Source of the DNA: Eledone cirrhosa
Taxonomy: Eukaryota
Direction: 5' to 3'
DNA length: 64,000 nucleotides
Assembly: GCA_964016885.1 (NCBI GenBank)
Contig: OZ024761.1
Span: 14,384,001-14,448,000, forward strand
Numbering within the stretch: position 1 is the stretch's first letter; the number at the start of each line of letters is the position of its first letter. The translations under genes and the position numbers were made by a program. Positions 1 to 49,826 of the stretch are shown here, in pieces. The notes beneath the pieces were generated by a model, which saw only the letters and a program-made list of their open reading frames with translations, searched no databases and had not been told where the DNA came from.

Positions 1-28
1 TCTGTTATGTTCCTTTGTTATATTTCGA

Positions 29-86
29 ATACCTGATGATATCACCAGATTCATACGGAACCCGGACATTGAAATGATCATAGTAT
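29..86 (+). ncRNA. Minimal type I hammerhead ribozyme (family D)
   Basis: atac-CTGATGA-stem II-GAAA-TgatcATA^gtat; palindromic stem III ATGATCAT. Confidence 0.75.
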
Positions 87-286
87 AATAAACCTTTCAA
101 GGATTTACACCAGTCCAGCCTCCTGTTATTTCATATATATATATATATATATTTATTTATTAAAATAACAGATTAAAGTTTAAGCAAAGAATCGCTTAAA
201 TATTTGCTCTAGGGTTCTTATATATTTGATATATATTTATCCTTATCGAGCCCTCTTTGGATTTTAGTCTTCACATTTATTATTAT

Positions 287-332
<46 letters not shown>

Positions 333-350
333 AACTGCTTCGTAGAATTC

Positions 351-426
351 AGACATATCTGAGGATCTTGCGATTTTAGAGTCAGATTTGATCATTGGTC
401 GCCAGGGAAACGATTGTATTATGTCT
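351..426 (+). ncRNA. Hammerhead ribozyme motif (family J; related copy at ~59820-60070)
   Basis: agacatat-CTGAGGA...GAAA-CgattGTA^ttatgtct; 7-bp stem I after one mismatch. Confidence 0.6.
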
Positions 427-548
427 AATAAATCTTATTCGTCGCACCACTGATTCTCCGTTTCTTATGTGATATTATACTCTGCTCTGTAAGAGCATCG
501 AGTGCTCAAACTGCATACCGCTTACGGACGCTTTAAGCATCCCACACC

Positions 549-625
<77 letters not shown>

Positions 626-840
626 TAGATAGATATATAGATATCTTTCTATATGTATGTATATATAGAGAGATAGATATATATATAGATATCTTTCTTT
701 ATTTGCCACAGGGGCGTACAAATAAGGGACATTACAAGACGTGACGGCGGAGGTTTTACATAAAAATCATATAACTTTAACATAAATAAATAACGATAAA
801 CTTATATATAATAAAATAGATAGATAGATGGATGTGTATT

Positions 841-889
<49 letters not shown>

Positions 890-1067
890 AATGCAATGCA
901 ATGTTGTATCTAAAGTAACACATTTGTATATATAGTGGGTTGTGTAGTTTTTGTAGTGCCTGCAGTGCAAGGCAAGATAAGGATGCTCTGTCATGGAATA
1001 GACTACTACAGGAATTAACAACAACAACAACAATATAAAACCAATATGTCTGAAAGACCATGTAGTG

Positions 1068-1874
1068 CAGAGGTTCTCAAACTTTTTGCTCCAAGCTCAT
1101 GGCCACACAATACCCTCAGCCCCCCCATCCTATTTCCAGAGAGAACTGTCTACACGCAAATTGTAAATAACATAATAAATAAATCGTTAATTTATATATA
1201 ATAAATAATATAACATATACTATGTAAAAATAAATACTATATATTTTTTCTTTTACTATATTTATATATAATATGCATCATTTGATATCTAATATACTAT
1301 AATATCAGGTCACTCTCGAGTACTACTTGTAGCGTGTAACCCAGAAAAAACTGTCGCATGGCTGGGTCCTCGGCAACTAAACTCGGCAACTAAACCGGCA
1401 ACACCACCAAGTTTACTTGATGAGGAGGGTGATTTTCGGCACCCTGCAGGACAAAAAACAAAACCTGACAAAGGGCGGAAGAACTCATAAGAGTTCATAT
1501 CAATGGATGGCAGTAGTTCCAGCTGCACGCATTGAAAGACTGATGTAGTGGTTCTGAGAACAATGCAAACAGACAATGGAAAGGTGTTCCCACTCTAGTT
1601 AGAAGAGAACTATTGTCCTTCAGGAGAAGCAGCGACCCCTGATTGTATTCAGCAACCGAAACAAATATGAAGTACGCCAAATCCAATGCTCCTAGGGGTG
1701 GCCCTGGTTCTTCTTATTTGCGAGTGTAAAGTCGGCATATTAGATTTGATTAGCTATAACATCATCTCTACTGCCCTCCCCAGCGCCTCCTTAGGCCCCA
1801 ACACCTCCTTGGTCATTCTCAACGCCCCCTCCCCCATAGGGGAGGGGATTAGAGGCCCACTTTGAGAACCTATG
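1068..1874. mobile_element. hAT-like MITE ends enclosing nested sequence
   Basis: Imperfect TIRs cagaggttctcaaact / actttgagaacctatg. Confidence 0.45.
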
Positions 1875-2169
1875 ATCTATACTGCACGTGTGGAGCCAAT
1901 GACATGAGGTCCAGGAAACGACAACCGAATAACCGATTATTCGAACACTTTGAAAACAGCGTCGGCTTCGAACGCATTGTTTCAACACAAAGAAATATTT
2001 GGAAGAAGGATAAGCACAAAAACTCTTGTGGGGCTAAGAGATACGGTCAACCTAAGAATAGTGGAGGGATATTTTATTAGGAAGCGGGTACCTACACTAA
2101 ACCGTCGGAATAACCTGGACGCGATGGAAACACCTGTACACATAATCTGACAGGTAACGGATTTGCCAA

Positions 2170-2645
2170 GCCAGGAACGAGGTCATAAAGCATGGCTTTG
2201 ACGCTACAGGCTTCCCCTCCCAGCTCGAACCGGTGGGGCTGGACCGAGGGGATGGCAAAAGGCCTGACGGTATTGACCATCTTCCCGTTCCGCGGTGGCA
2301 AACCTTTCGTCTGGGATGCCACTTGCAGCGACACTTTCTCCAGCCGCAACCTGGTGCAGTCTGCGAGTAACCCAGATTCTGCTGCACTTCGCGCTGAGGA
2401 GGCCAAACTCTCCAAGTATCGGTCGCTCTCCGACAGGTTCGAGGTTGTACTCTTGGCAGTGGAGACTTCTGGTGTCCTTGGCCCTAGGGCTACCTCCCTA
2501 CTCACCACCATAGGCACTGAGATGGTCAGTCGCAGGTGTGAGCCTCGCGAGATGAAAATCTCGTGAGGCTCACACCTGCTCTTCCAGCGCATCTCCCTTA
2601 CAATCCTCCGGGGAAACGCTTTCTCCATTCTGTCTGCCGGGGCTG
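2170..2645 (+). mobile_element. CRE-like non-LTR retrotransposon 3' fragment (restriction-like endonuclease)
   Basis: Frameshifted DGKRPDG..TIFPFRGGKPFVWDATC..K.SKY..AVETSG.LGP..LFQRIS..ILRGNA. Confidence 0.8.
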
Positions 2646-2863
2646 TGGGGAGGCCAGCACTTAGGAGCCCATTTGCTCACCATACGGAGAGATGGAGGCG
2701 ATGACAGTGGAAGTTCGGCTCTTCCACGTTCGGACCATATCCTTGTGGTTGTGTTCATTAAGCAATTAATGAGTCTGTTTATGTATTCTATGTGTGTATT
2801 GACATATGGGGTGCTATAATTGAAGGTGTTGACTAATTTATCTGCTTTCAGATATTGAATAAC

Positions 2864-2903
2864 ATAGTCTGATGAAGGATTATAATCTGAAAGCGCTCAC
2901 TAT
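2864..2903 (+). ncRNA. Minimal hammerhead ribozyme (family E)
   Basis: atagt-CTGATGA-aggattataatct-GAAA-GcgCTC^actat; palindrome AGCGCT. Confidence 0.7.
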
Positions 2904-3649
2904 CAAGTGAAAAATACTAACCCAACAACAAGGCTCATAAACTGAAGCCATATGACCGTTCAAGGTATATATTCTAACATTAATCATAATCCTATTTCTA
3001 ACTCTAACCCTAACCTTAATTCTTACATGAACTCTCACACACTCATCTTTCTACACCATTACCTTCACGTAAGCGAAAAATAAAACACAAAAGGTATACC
3101 TTTTATTAAACAAGTTTCATCTCATTTATTGTATTTCATTATATTCTATCTTCTACCTCTCAGTTCCCTATAGGTTACTCTTCTTACCTTGCCCTCAACC
3201 GCATGCGCTAATATAAAAAACCTACACATATATCTGTATATGTATGTGTGTGTCTCGGAATTAAATAACATATAAATACCTCAACAAGGTCATCTCTTCT
3301 GAACAAAACATACCGGAGAACATTTCCTTTATATTTTCAAGAAACACATCGGAAATAGTCATTAACACACGCAGTTTGGCAATTATTTCACATTGGCCCT
3401 CAAATGATTGTTAATACATCAAAATAGTCTTGAAATCATAAGCAACGTTAATTCTTTTTGCATGATACATTTTGTATAAATACCAAACTTTTCTGAAAAG
3501 AGGAGGTATTTAACATATTCAATATGTACACCCACCCCTTACTAATATGCACGATATAATACGTATTTATACATTTCGAACTAAGAACCAGCACAATAAA
3601 TGCTGAGTTCGTCTAGATAACTGCCGGTTTTTATATTTAAAAACGAATT

Positions 3650-3700
<51 letters not shown>

Positions 3701-3704
<4 letters not shown>

Positions 3705-3898
3705 AAAAGGTATGACCCCGACGGCAGAGCTCAAGCCGTTTCGACGGCTATTTCTGGAGTCCAGAAATACCCGTCGAAACGGCTTGAGCTCTGCCGTCGG
3801 GGTCATAACTTTTTCTATTACCCACTCTACTACCATAAGTATTGAGTACTCTGGTGCGTTATGGTCCATCTGGTTCCTTACCACAATGCCTTCGTTAC
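3701..3898. mobile_element. Family A fold-back element (3' half of a hammerhead plus tail); copies at ~13350-13543, 14233-14378, 16613-16788, 22812-22870, 26720-26910, 27981-28268, 57268-57410
   Basis: Palindrome centred on a stem-loop, then GAAA-CGGC..GCCGTC^ggggtc; always within (TA)n; the CTGANGA half is absent from all copies here. Confidence 0.7.
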
Positions 3899-3928
3899 GT
3901 ATATATATACATATATATATATATATGT

Positions 3929-4020
<92 letters not shown>

Positions 4021-4191
4021 TTATACTTGGGGAGGGTCATATTTGTGTAATATTGCCAGAATTAATAACAGAACACACTCACTGTTTGGTTGGTTTTCGC
4101 TTCTGGCTGTCTTTTATATCTGTAATTTAACTTATATATTCGCTGTCTTTATATCTCGCTGTCTTTTATATCTGTAATCTAACTTATATAT

Positions 4192-4193
4192 TC

Positions 4194-4260
<67 letters not shown>

Positions 4261-4320
4261 TACATATATATATACACATATATATATACATATACAAATA
4301 AATATACATATATATATATA

Positions 4321-4373
<53 letters not shown>

Positions 4374-4501
4374 TATCATATATATATATATATACATATA
4401 TATACTTACATATATATATATAAATACGTATATATATATATATATATATACATATACATGTATATATACACATATATATATACATATACAAATAAATATA
4501 C

Positions 4502-4532
<31 letters not shown>

Positions 4533-4674
4533 CATATATTTACATATATATATACATATATATATACACATATATATATACATATATATATACATATATA
4601 TATATTACATACATATATATATATATATACATATGTATATATATACATATGTATATATATACATGTATATATAC

Positions 4675-4705
<31 letters not shown>

Positions 4706-4870
4706 CATATATATACACACATATATATATACATATATATACATAAATATACATATATATATATATACATATATACATAAACATATTTACATATATATAT
4801 ACATATACATATACACATATATACATATATATATACATATATATATATACATATATACACATATATATAC

Positions 4871-4921
<51 letters not shown>

Positions 4922-4952
4922 TATATATATGTTATATATATATATATACATA

Positions 4953-5014
<62 letters not shown>

Positions 5015-5709
5015 CATATATATATACATATATACATATATATATACATATATATATATATACATATATATATATACATATATATATATACATATATATA
5101 CACACATATATATATACATATATATATATATAAACATATATAGAGATATATACATATATATATATATATATATACAAGTATAGATATACATATATATATA
5201 TATATATATAGTATTATATATATATATATGTATATATAGTATATATATAATACTATATATATAGTATTCATTACCAGTTCAACCCCCTTAACACTCTTGT
5301 TCGCCCGTTTAAGTGCCTCTATTGCATGTAACACTCTGCCGCACTATAGCATTATATAAACAAGACATACGTGCGTACCACACGTGTAACTATTGCACTC
5401 AATAACTGCTTATGACTATCCTATCGCATTAATTTCATGTTGTGTTTTAACCTTAATTTTTGATTTTTCCTCTGTTGATATGAATGTAACATTTAAATGT
5501 ATACTACCACAATAAACATTATGATGGATGTCAACCTGCCGAGAATCAATGATTGCATATGTATCTGTATGTCTCTTGGGTTGAAAAGGAGGTCATATTT
5601 GTGATCATCCATTGATAAATTGCTCCGAAGAAACCAAACCTCGGTTTGGAGGAAACAATTGTAAGCATGTAAATGATTTGATCAGAACTTTGATTCTTAT
5701 AACTTATAA

Positions 5710-5783
<74 letters not shown>

Positions 5784-5784
5784 C

Positions 5785-5815
<31 letters not shown>

Positions 5816-5952
5816 CATATATATATACACATATATACACACATATATACACACATATATACATGTATATATACATATATATAAATACATATATACATAT
5901 ATTAATACACATATATACATATATATATATATACATAAATATAAACATATAC

Positions 5953-5983
<31 letters not shown>

Positions 5984-5996
5984 CATATATATATAC

Positions 5997-6029
<33 letters not shown>

Positions 6030-6044
6030 CATATATATATATAC

Positions 6045-6077
<33 letters not shown>

Positions 6078-6522
6078 CATATATATATACATATATATAT
6101 ACATTTACATATATATATATATACATATATATAAACATATATATACATATACATATATACACATATATGTATATATACACATATATATGCATATATACAT
6201 ATATATATATACATTTATATACATATATATACATATATATACCTATATACATATATATACATATATATATATATACTTATATACATATATATATACATAT
6301 ATACATATATATATACATATTTACATATATATATACATATATATATATACACATATATATATATATACACATATATATATATACACATATATATATATAT
6401 ACACATATATATACATATATACATATATATATATACATATATACATATATATATATACATATATATGCACATATATACATACATATATATACACATATAT
6501 ATACCTATATACATATATATAC

Positions 6523-6555
<33 letters not shown>

Positions 6556-6854
6556 CATATATATATACATATATATATATATACATATATATATACATAT
6601 ATATATATATACATATATACATATATATATATATACATATATACATATACATATACATATATATACATACATATACATATATACATATACATATATATAT
6701 ACATATATATACATATATATATATTCATATATATACATATATATATATACATATATATATATACATATATATATATACATATATATACATATATATACAT
6801 ACATATATATATATATATATATACATATATATATACATACATATATACATACAT
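4192..6854. repeat. Long compound (TA)n/(TACA) microsatellite fields; similar fields at 8525-9755, 15960-16612, 23415-23650, 26908-29240, 55340-55620, 62118-62605, 63398-63682
   Basis: Direct inspection; source of the YI-repeat ORFs. Confidence 0.95.
5621..5667 (+). ncRNA. Hammerhead variant with U4C core (family I)
   Basis: tgct-CCGAAGA, stem II ccaaacc/ggtttgg, GAAA-CaattGTA^agca. Confidence 0.6.
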
Positions 6855-7973
6855 ATGGTGGCTGCCAACTCGTTTTCGAGTACGTCCACTACTTTATATC
6901 CATGTAGGAGAACCCCTACCGATGCGCTGAACAAGTGTAACCTTTTTAGTCCAACCAACGACTTGAAAACTCTGGTACAAACACTACACTTGTGACAATT
7001 ATTGACACATAGTGCTGGGCCCATGGTACCATGTGGCGACAAGTGCAGAGACATCTCCAGATATAAAGCAATGCCTGTGCCCAGTACAACCTATCCCATG
7101 GTCGGGTCGTTGTCGTCTAAACTGGTAACCCAACCAAGGTTTCTTGGTAAGGAGGGTGACTTTAGACATCCTGCAGGGCTAAAAACAAAACCTGTCAAAA
7201 GACAAAGGACCTCTTAAGAGTCAATGGCCATCCAAAATCACCGGGAGAGATGACCCCTCAGCCTTTGTCAAGGCACAATTCTAGGAGAAGGAAAACTCTG
7301 ATATAGCACCAGCAATCCTGATGGTATCCAATGATGTTGACTTGTTCTTCTTTTTGGTAAATATTATCTTGGTTAAGAGAGTGGGACTTGCTTTGTGCAG
7401 TGCCTTTGCTCACTATAAAAGCTTCACGGCACAGGCATTGCTTTATACATACATATATATATACATATACACACTCACACACACACAGTAATTTCAATGG
7501 AATACATATTTTAACACGATTTCTTACTTCTTTTTTCCTTTTCCTTTTCTTTACCTCCCGTTTTCCAGTCTCACGAGACTTTCGAGACTCTCGCTGCTAT
7601 CAAAAGCAAAAGCGTTCCTTGTCGTCATATGAATTTCTGTTTGTTCCTGTTATGGCTTGATTGCTTTAATTAATTGTTTTATCTTGTCTTCTACTCCAGA
7701 CAGCGATTTCGCTTGTCTGTGAGATGTTGTGAAACCGGGTGGACCAGCAGTACCGTTGGTAGGGGTCGAAACCGCTAGGTCTATCTCAACAGTGGAAGAC
7801 CTTGAAGTCCTGCGTCTATCGCTTGCCTTTTTTTTGCCATTGGTTGTTTATTTAAAAACATATATATATAAATGTTTCCCCTTTATAAAGAAAAAGAAAG
7901 TTTCGTTCCGCCTTGTTTTAGTTCGTCTTGTATTCCGCTGTCTTCACTTATACTAATTTTATTATATATACAG

Positions 7974-8019
<46 letters not shown>

Positions 8020-8432
8020 GCGTGTGCGTGTGTGTGTGTGAAGAAAAAACAGTCAAAATTTACCCAATTTTTCCTCGATATTATATATATATATATATAT
8101 ATCCGTATGTGGTTGACGTCTGAGAGAAAAGAGTACTCAATGCCGATAAAGAGTGTTAATATTCATTAAAATGAATATATATATATAAAACATTACATTA
8201 CATTAAAAAATAAGGAGAATTTTTATTTAAATATTCAAATACTTCAAATTAAATCCCTCAACCAATATTACGTAATGTAATAAATGATGATAGCTTTAAT
8301 TTAAATATGAACGCTTTAAAAAACATTGGAAGGTTTTGTATAATACATAGAAATAGTGGAGGTTTTCAGCCCCATTGAGATAGAGGGTGGGGAATTAATG
8401 TTTAATGTGATCAAAATGATATTGGAAGTTGC

Positions 8433-8479
8433 TTAAAGATCCCCAATTAAATTCTCTGATGCTCTGTTGCTCCAGAGTA
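8433..8479 (-). CDS. Candidate terminal coding exon 17 ([15 protein letters not shown])
   Basis: Pyrimidine-rich acceptor ctgcctccttgactacag| that can take the phase 1 donor of exon 16; no homology support. Confidence 0.25.
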
Positions 8480-9246
8480 CTGTAGTCAAGGAGGCAGTGA
8501 TGAAAGATTTATTGTATATTCAGAAACATATATATATATATTATATATATATTATATATGAATTATATATATATATTATATATAAATTATATATATATAT
8601 ATACATATATATTCAGAAACATATATATTTATATATTATATATATATTATATATAAATTATATATATATATTATATATAAATTATATATATATATATACA
8701 TATATATATAATTATATATATATACATATATTTATAATTATATATATACATATATATAATTATATATATATATATAATTATATATATATATATATATATA
8801 TACATATATATATACATTATATATATATATACATATACATATATATTATATATACATATACATATATATTATATATACATATACATATATATATATATAA
8901 TTATATATATATATACATATACTTTTAATTATATAAATATGTATATACATATATATATACATATATATATAATTATTATATATATATACATATACTTTTA
9001 ATTATATAAATATGTATATACATATATATATACATATATATATAATTATTATATATATATACATATACTTGTAATTATATAAATATGTATATACATATAT
9101 ATATACATATATATATAATTATTATATATATATACATATACTTTTAATTATATAAATATGTATATACATATATATATACATATATATATAATTATTATAT
9201 ATATATACATATACTTATAATTATATATATATATATATATATATAG

Positions 9247-9290
<44 letters not shown>

Positions 9291-9362
9291 TTATATATAT
9301 ATAGTTATATATATATATATAGTTATATATATATATAGTTATATATATATATATATATATAG

Positions 9363-9422
<60 letters not shown>

Positions 9423-9488
9423 TTATATATATATATATATCATATATATATACATATAATTATATATACATATATATATACATATAAT

Positions 9489-9538
<50 letters not shown>

Positions 9539-9687
9539 TATATACATTTAATTATATATATATATATACATATAATTATATATATATATACATATAATTA
9601 TATATATATATAATTATATATATATATATATATATATATAATTATATATATATATATTATATATATGTATAATATATATATACATAT

Positions 9688-9759
<72 letters not shown>

Positions 9760-9920
9760 TATTGTATAACTTCGTTTTCTTCATCTTATTCTGTTCAAAC
9801 ATCACATTGTTGTTATTTATTATTATTGGTCAGGATAACCAGGAATTCTAAAAGAATAAAAGATTATAGAGTCAAATATACGATAGTTATATGCGAGGCG
9901 AACATAGGTATGTATGCATG

Positions 9921-10526
9921 CAGGCCACCAGGTGGTGCTACTGGTAACATGTATCCCAGTACAACCTGTCTCATGGTCGGGTCGTTGGCGACTAAAATGG
10001 CAACCCAACCAAGGTTTCTTGGTGAGGAGGGTGACTTTGGACATCCTGCAGGACTAAAAACAAAACCTGTCAAAGAGCAAAGGAGCTCTTAAGAGTCAAT
10101 GGCCATCCAAAATCACCGGGAGAGATGACCCCTTAGCCTTTGTCAAGGCAGAATTCTAGGAGAAGGAAAACTCTGATATAACACCTGCAACCCTGATGGT
10201 ATCCAATGATGTTGACTTCTTCTTTTTGGTAAATATCATCTTGGTGAAGAGAGTGGCACTGGCTTTGTGCAGTGCCTTTGCTCACTATAAAAGCTTCACG
10301 GCACAGGCATTGCTTTATATCTGGAAATCTCTCTGCACTTGTCGTCACATGGTACCATGGGCCCAACACTATGTGTCAATAATTGTCACAAGTGTAGTGT
10401 TTGTACCAGAGTTTTCAAGTCGCTGGCTGGACTAAAAAGTCACACTCGTTCAGCGCATCGGTAGGGGTTCTCCTACATGGATATAAAGTAGTGGCAGTAC
10501 TCGAAAACGAGTTGGCAGCCACCATG
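9921..10526 (+). mobile_element. ~600-bp retroposon (family P) with a (TATG)n tail; copies at 6855-7447 (rearranged), 18251-18710, 63683-64000; diverged relative at ~1350-1500
   Basis: High similarity among copies, shared 3' end gcagccaccatg(TATG)n, variable 5' truncation. Confidence 0.75.
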
Positions 10527-10594
10527 TACGTATGTATCTCTGTACGTGTGTATATATGGACGTGTATATATATATCTGTTCTTTTAATAAACGA

Positions 10595-10662
<68 letters not shown>

Positions 10663-10769
10663 AGATCCAGTTAAGGGTGAAAGCTTAAACTTTAATTCAT
10701 TGCTTAAACTTTAATCTGTTCTTTTAATAAATGAATAAATATATATATATATATATATATTTATTCATT

Positions 10770-10807
<38 letters not shown>

Positions 10808-10865
10808 GTGTGTGTGTGTGTGTATGTATGTATATATTTAGAGCGAGAGAAAGAGAGGTAAATAA

Positions 10866-10902
<37 letters not shown>

Positions 10903-11254
10903 GAGTTAGATATGTATGTATATATGTATATATATAAATATGCATATATATATACATATATATATATACATATATGTGTGTATATTTATGTGTATATATA
11001 AAGATGTATATGTATAAACGGTATAAAACGATAAAATTATTAATACATTAATTTGTTAATTGAATAATTAATTAATTACGAAGTGTAATAATTTACCTTG
11101 TCGGCTGATTTAGCCAGGTGTGGTTAGCTATGTTGGTTGATTAGTTGTATTTCTAATGGTAGCTGTTAGCTGTGTATATAGTTGGTGTGCTTTTGTTTAT
11201 GTTGTCTGAAATGGAATATTGATTATAATAATTAATATTATTAATAATTAATAA

Positions 11255-11650
11255 TTTCTACTTTTGGCACAAGGCCAGCAATTATACCAGTGTATTACTG
11301 GTACTTTATTTTATCGACCCCGTAAGGATGAAAGGCAAAGTTAACGTCGGCGGGATTAGAACTCAGACCATAAATTGCCGTAACTCTATACTGCAAAGCA
11401 TGGCGTCAGACCCTCTGCCGATACTGCCACTCCATAATAATGGTTTCTTATATAGGCACAAGGCCATCAATTTTCGGGGAGGGGAAAGTCGATTAAATCG
11501 ACCCCAGTGCGTGACTGGTACTTTATTTTATCGACCCCGTAAGGATGAAAGGCAAAGCTAACCTCGGCGGGATTTGAACTCAGACCATGAAGGGCCGTAA
11601 CTCTATGCTGCAAATCATAAGGTCCGACGCTCTACCGATACTGCCAATTC
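11255..11650 (-). mobile_element. Two tandem tRNA-derived SINEs (the dominant SINE family of the window)
   Basis: B-box GAGTTCAAATCC on the minus strand and core tcatccttacggggtcgataaaataaagtaccag. Further copies at ~23652-23835, 31220-31330, 36452-36940, 37120-37270, 45950-46135, 46910-47060, 49885-50030, 50490-50875, 55620-55797, 59607-59793. Confidence 0.85.
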
Positions 11651-11734
11651 CCCGACCTTTTATTACAATATTGATTATAATAATAACTGTTTCAAATTCA
11701 TTGGCACAAGGGCCGAACATAGACGACAATGCAA

Positions 11735-12732
11735 AGACGGGGACAGTGAGGGTTTCCAATGATATCGAATAAAGAAAAATTAACAAAAAATAATTAACAA
11801 AAAATGTCAACAATAGGGGGTGACGTTCGGAACCTAACAAATTCCAATCCACCCTCATCTCCAAGAACACCCTAGTAGAGCGCCTTTCTCTCCCTTCATC
11901 CTTCCAAATCACATGTGCCATTCTCGCAACAATCACCCACCTTTTAAAAAATATTAAAAATAACAATAAAAATACAAAGAACAGAGTTCCCCAATAGACG
12001 GGATAATCACTCAGAGGCGGCTCAGGTACCCCACCAATCCGGAACCACCCGACGCTTCCGGAACACCCAGGAAGGGTAGCCTCTCCTCTTCCTACAGGCT
12101 ACTCTCGCCATATTCACCCACCTTTCAGCAAATGTAATGGGGAGGGGCAAGAAATTCTCTATTCCCCCTCACCTTCCTTTCCAAGTGAAACTTGTAAAGT
12201 TGATGAAGGATTGGCCGAAGAGAAAAGTGTCTGTCTTCAGTTCTTTCAATCTAGTCCACCACTCTTAAGCTGCTGCCCCCCAGACAGGAAAATTGCCTGC
12301 TCTTCTTGGCAAAAATAAAAGGCGGCAGGGCTATCTTCATTATGGAATCGGTCGATAGTCGAATCCATTTTACACGGAACAACAGCTGTTTGACATAACT
12401 CCACAAGTCAGCAATGCACGGATACCGGACGAGTTTCGGACCCCGAACGGTTTCGTCGTTCTGCGCGTATATCGGACAGGTCCGTCTGACAGTACTTCCG
12501 AACACCTGCACGTTTATCTCGTCGAGCCGGCAGTGCACCCCGATAGCACTGCCAAGCGAGGGAATTTTGGAAATTATCCATCGTCCCCGGCTCGAAAGTC
12601 CTCCGGAACAGACTGGTTAGTTCGACTTCGTCGACGCCCAGAGGCTCTCAGAGTGCGTGGTGGCACATGCCCGGCAGTGCACCCCGGTAGCACTGCCAAG
12701 CGAAAGATTTATGGAAGTTGTCCATAGTCCCC
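11735..12732 (-). mobile_element. Rearranged L1/Tx1-like LINE 3' fragment (zinc-binding region)
   Basis: MDNF..S.AWQCYRGALP occurs twice, then CP....DETV..., ADLWSYV.QLL, and KRWV.VARMA near the 3' end. Confidence 0.7.
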
Positions 12733-12761
12733 ACCCCCACCATCGTCATAGTTATACTTAC

Positions 12762-48178
<35,417 letters not shown>

Positions 48179-48270
48179 GGCCGACAACCTGCAAGGAAAA
48201 GAGAAACTAATGAAGCATGGATAGCAAAAATACACACACATATATATATACACATATATATATATATATA

Positions 48271-48730
48271 TACGATATTAAATAAATGGAAACTATATTT
48301 ATAAAATCATATTTATTTCATTATATATATTTCAGGGATATCATATTAACAATATGCTATGCCTTCCTCAGACAAAATACAATATAGACAGTTTTATAGA
48401 TAAATAGATTTGACATACCGTTCAACATCGACTTGTATTTGAAAAGTTGATTTGACTGCCAAATCAACTTTTCAAATACAAGTCGATGTTGAACGGTATG
48501 TCAAATCTATTTATCTATAAAACTGTCTATATTGTATTTTGTCTGAGGAAGGCATAGCATATTGTTAATATGATATCCCTGAAATATATATAATGAAATA
48601 AATATGGTTTTATAAATATAGTTTCCATTTATTTAATATCGTAAATATACTCCAAATATTTGTTGAGTGCTTTTATATCAGTTATAAATATTTACTAGTT
48701 GTAACCCAACAATTTAAATATAACTTTCCA
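48271..48730. mobile_element. Fold-back family C element: 184-bp arms (48271-48454 / 48460-48643); hammerhead at 48535-48600 (+)
   Basis: 5-nt loop; CTGAGGA core; lies ~80 nt from the exon 1 acceptor. Confidence 0.8.
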
Positions 48731-48888
48731 TATATATATATATATATATTAGAAAGTGAGGGTTTTTTTTTACAAAATGAAAAATAATCGAGGTGTCCTA
48801 CACGAGTGGAAGTATAAAGAAAAAGAGATGAAATCGAAAATGCAACTGGAGTCTTATTTTTTTTTTAAATATATATATTTATTTGGTT

Positions 48889-48926
48889 CCTTTACCGGTT
48901 TCGCAGTTCTTCTGCTTTTCAAAAGG
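48889..48926 (-). ncRNA. Hammerhead with U3-A8 variant core (family O; second copy at 57925-57961)
   Basis: cctt-TTGAAAA-gcag aagaa ctgc-GAAA-CcgGTA^aagg. Confidence 0.7.
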
Positions 48927-49216
48927 TGAGTTGAGATGGAGGGTCTGTGGTTTTTCTCACATATATATATGTGTGTGGAAAGACCAATGGAAACATAGGT
49001 TCCTCGGTCCGATTTGACGAAAGTCGATCGACTGTCGAGAGATATAGAGGAAGAATCGACTCCAGTACTAGACTGGTATTTTTTTTATATCGACCTCGAA
49101 GATTGAACGGAATTCTTACAAACTTGTGGAGTTACCCCTAACCGTACGTTGAAACCATCCATGAAACTGGCTTTCTTAACCAAAAGCTGGATCACAATAA
49201 GCAATTTTTTGCTTCT

Positions 49217-49262
<46 letters not shown>

Positions 49263-49269
<7 letters not shown>

Positions 49270-49782
49270 TAATGAAATGACAGGAGGCTGGATTTGTGTA
49301 AATCCTTGAAAGGTTTATTATACTATGATCATTTCAATGACCGGGTTCCGTATGAATCCGGTGATATCATCAGGTATTCGAAATATAATACGTGAATGTA
49401 ATAGGTAAAATCCATGGGGCTGAAAATCGAGACCCGAGGGCGACCGCTATTCTGTTCCTTCAACCTCACCCGGTCGCCCGATTTTCAGCCCCATGGATTT
49501 TACCTATTACATTCACGTATTATATTTCGAATACCTGATGATATCACCGGATTCATACGGAACCCGGTCATTGAAATGATCATAGTATAATAAACCTTTC
49601 AAGGATTTACACAAATCCAGCCTCCTGTCATTTCATTATAATATTTAACTCCGTAATAGCACCACCAACTACAAAAACAAAGACGGTTGAACTGCTTTAC
49701 GTTGAGTACTCTCTATATTATTGCATTACGATTGACCATACGGAATAGACCAGCTCTATACAGTGGTGAACCTCAAACCTGA

Positions 49783-49788
<6 letters not shown>
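49263..49788. mobile_element. Fold-back family D element: 167-bp arms (49263-49429 / 49479-49645); hammerhead at 49531-49588 (+) with mirror copy
   Basis: Same family as the copy at 1-135; flanked by (TA)n. Confidence 0.8.

Positions 49789-49826
<38 letters not shown>

Noticed and set aside
3003-3016. Telomere-like ctaaccctaacc
   Set aside because: Only about two units; not significant.
7650-7830. Minus-strand open stretch (ASDRRRTSRSST...KP*) as the GPCR last exon
   Set aside because: No pyrimidine-rich acceptor upstream; could be UTR or chance.
9921-10005. HDV-like ribozyme at the 5' end of family P
   Set aside because: P2-like (ccagt/actgg in the 7081 copy) and P4-CTAA-like pieces exist, but I could not build P3/L3 or a full P1.
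11570-11650. tRNA genes suggested by A/B boxes
   Set aside because: No cloverleaf; these are heads of multicopy SINEs.
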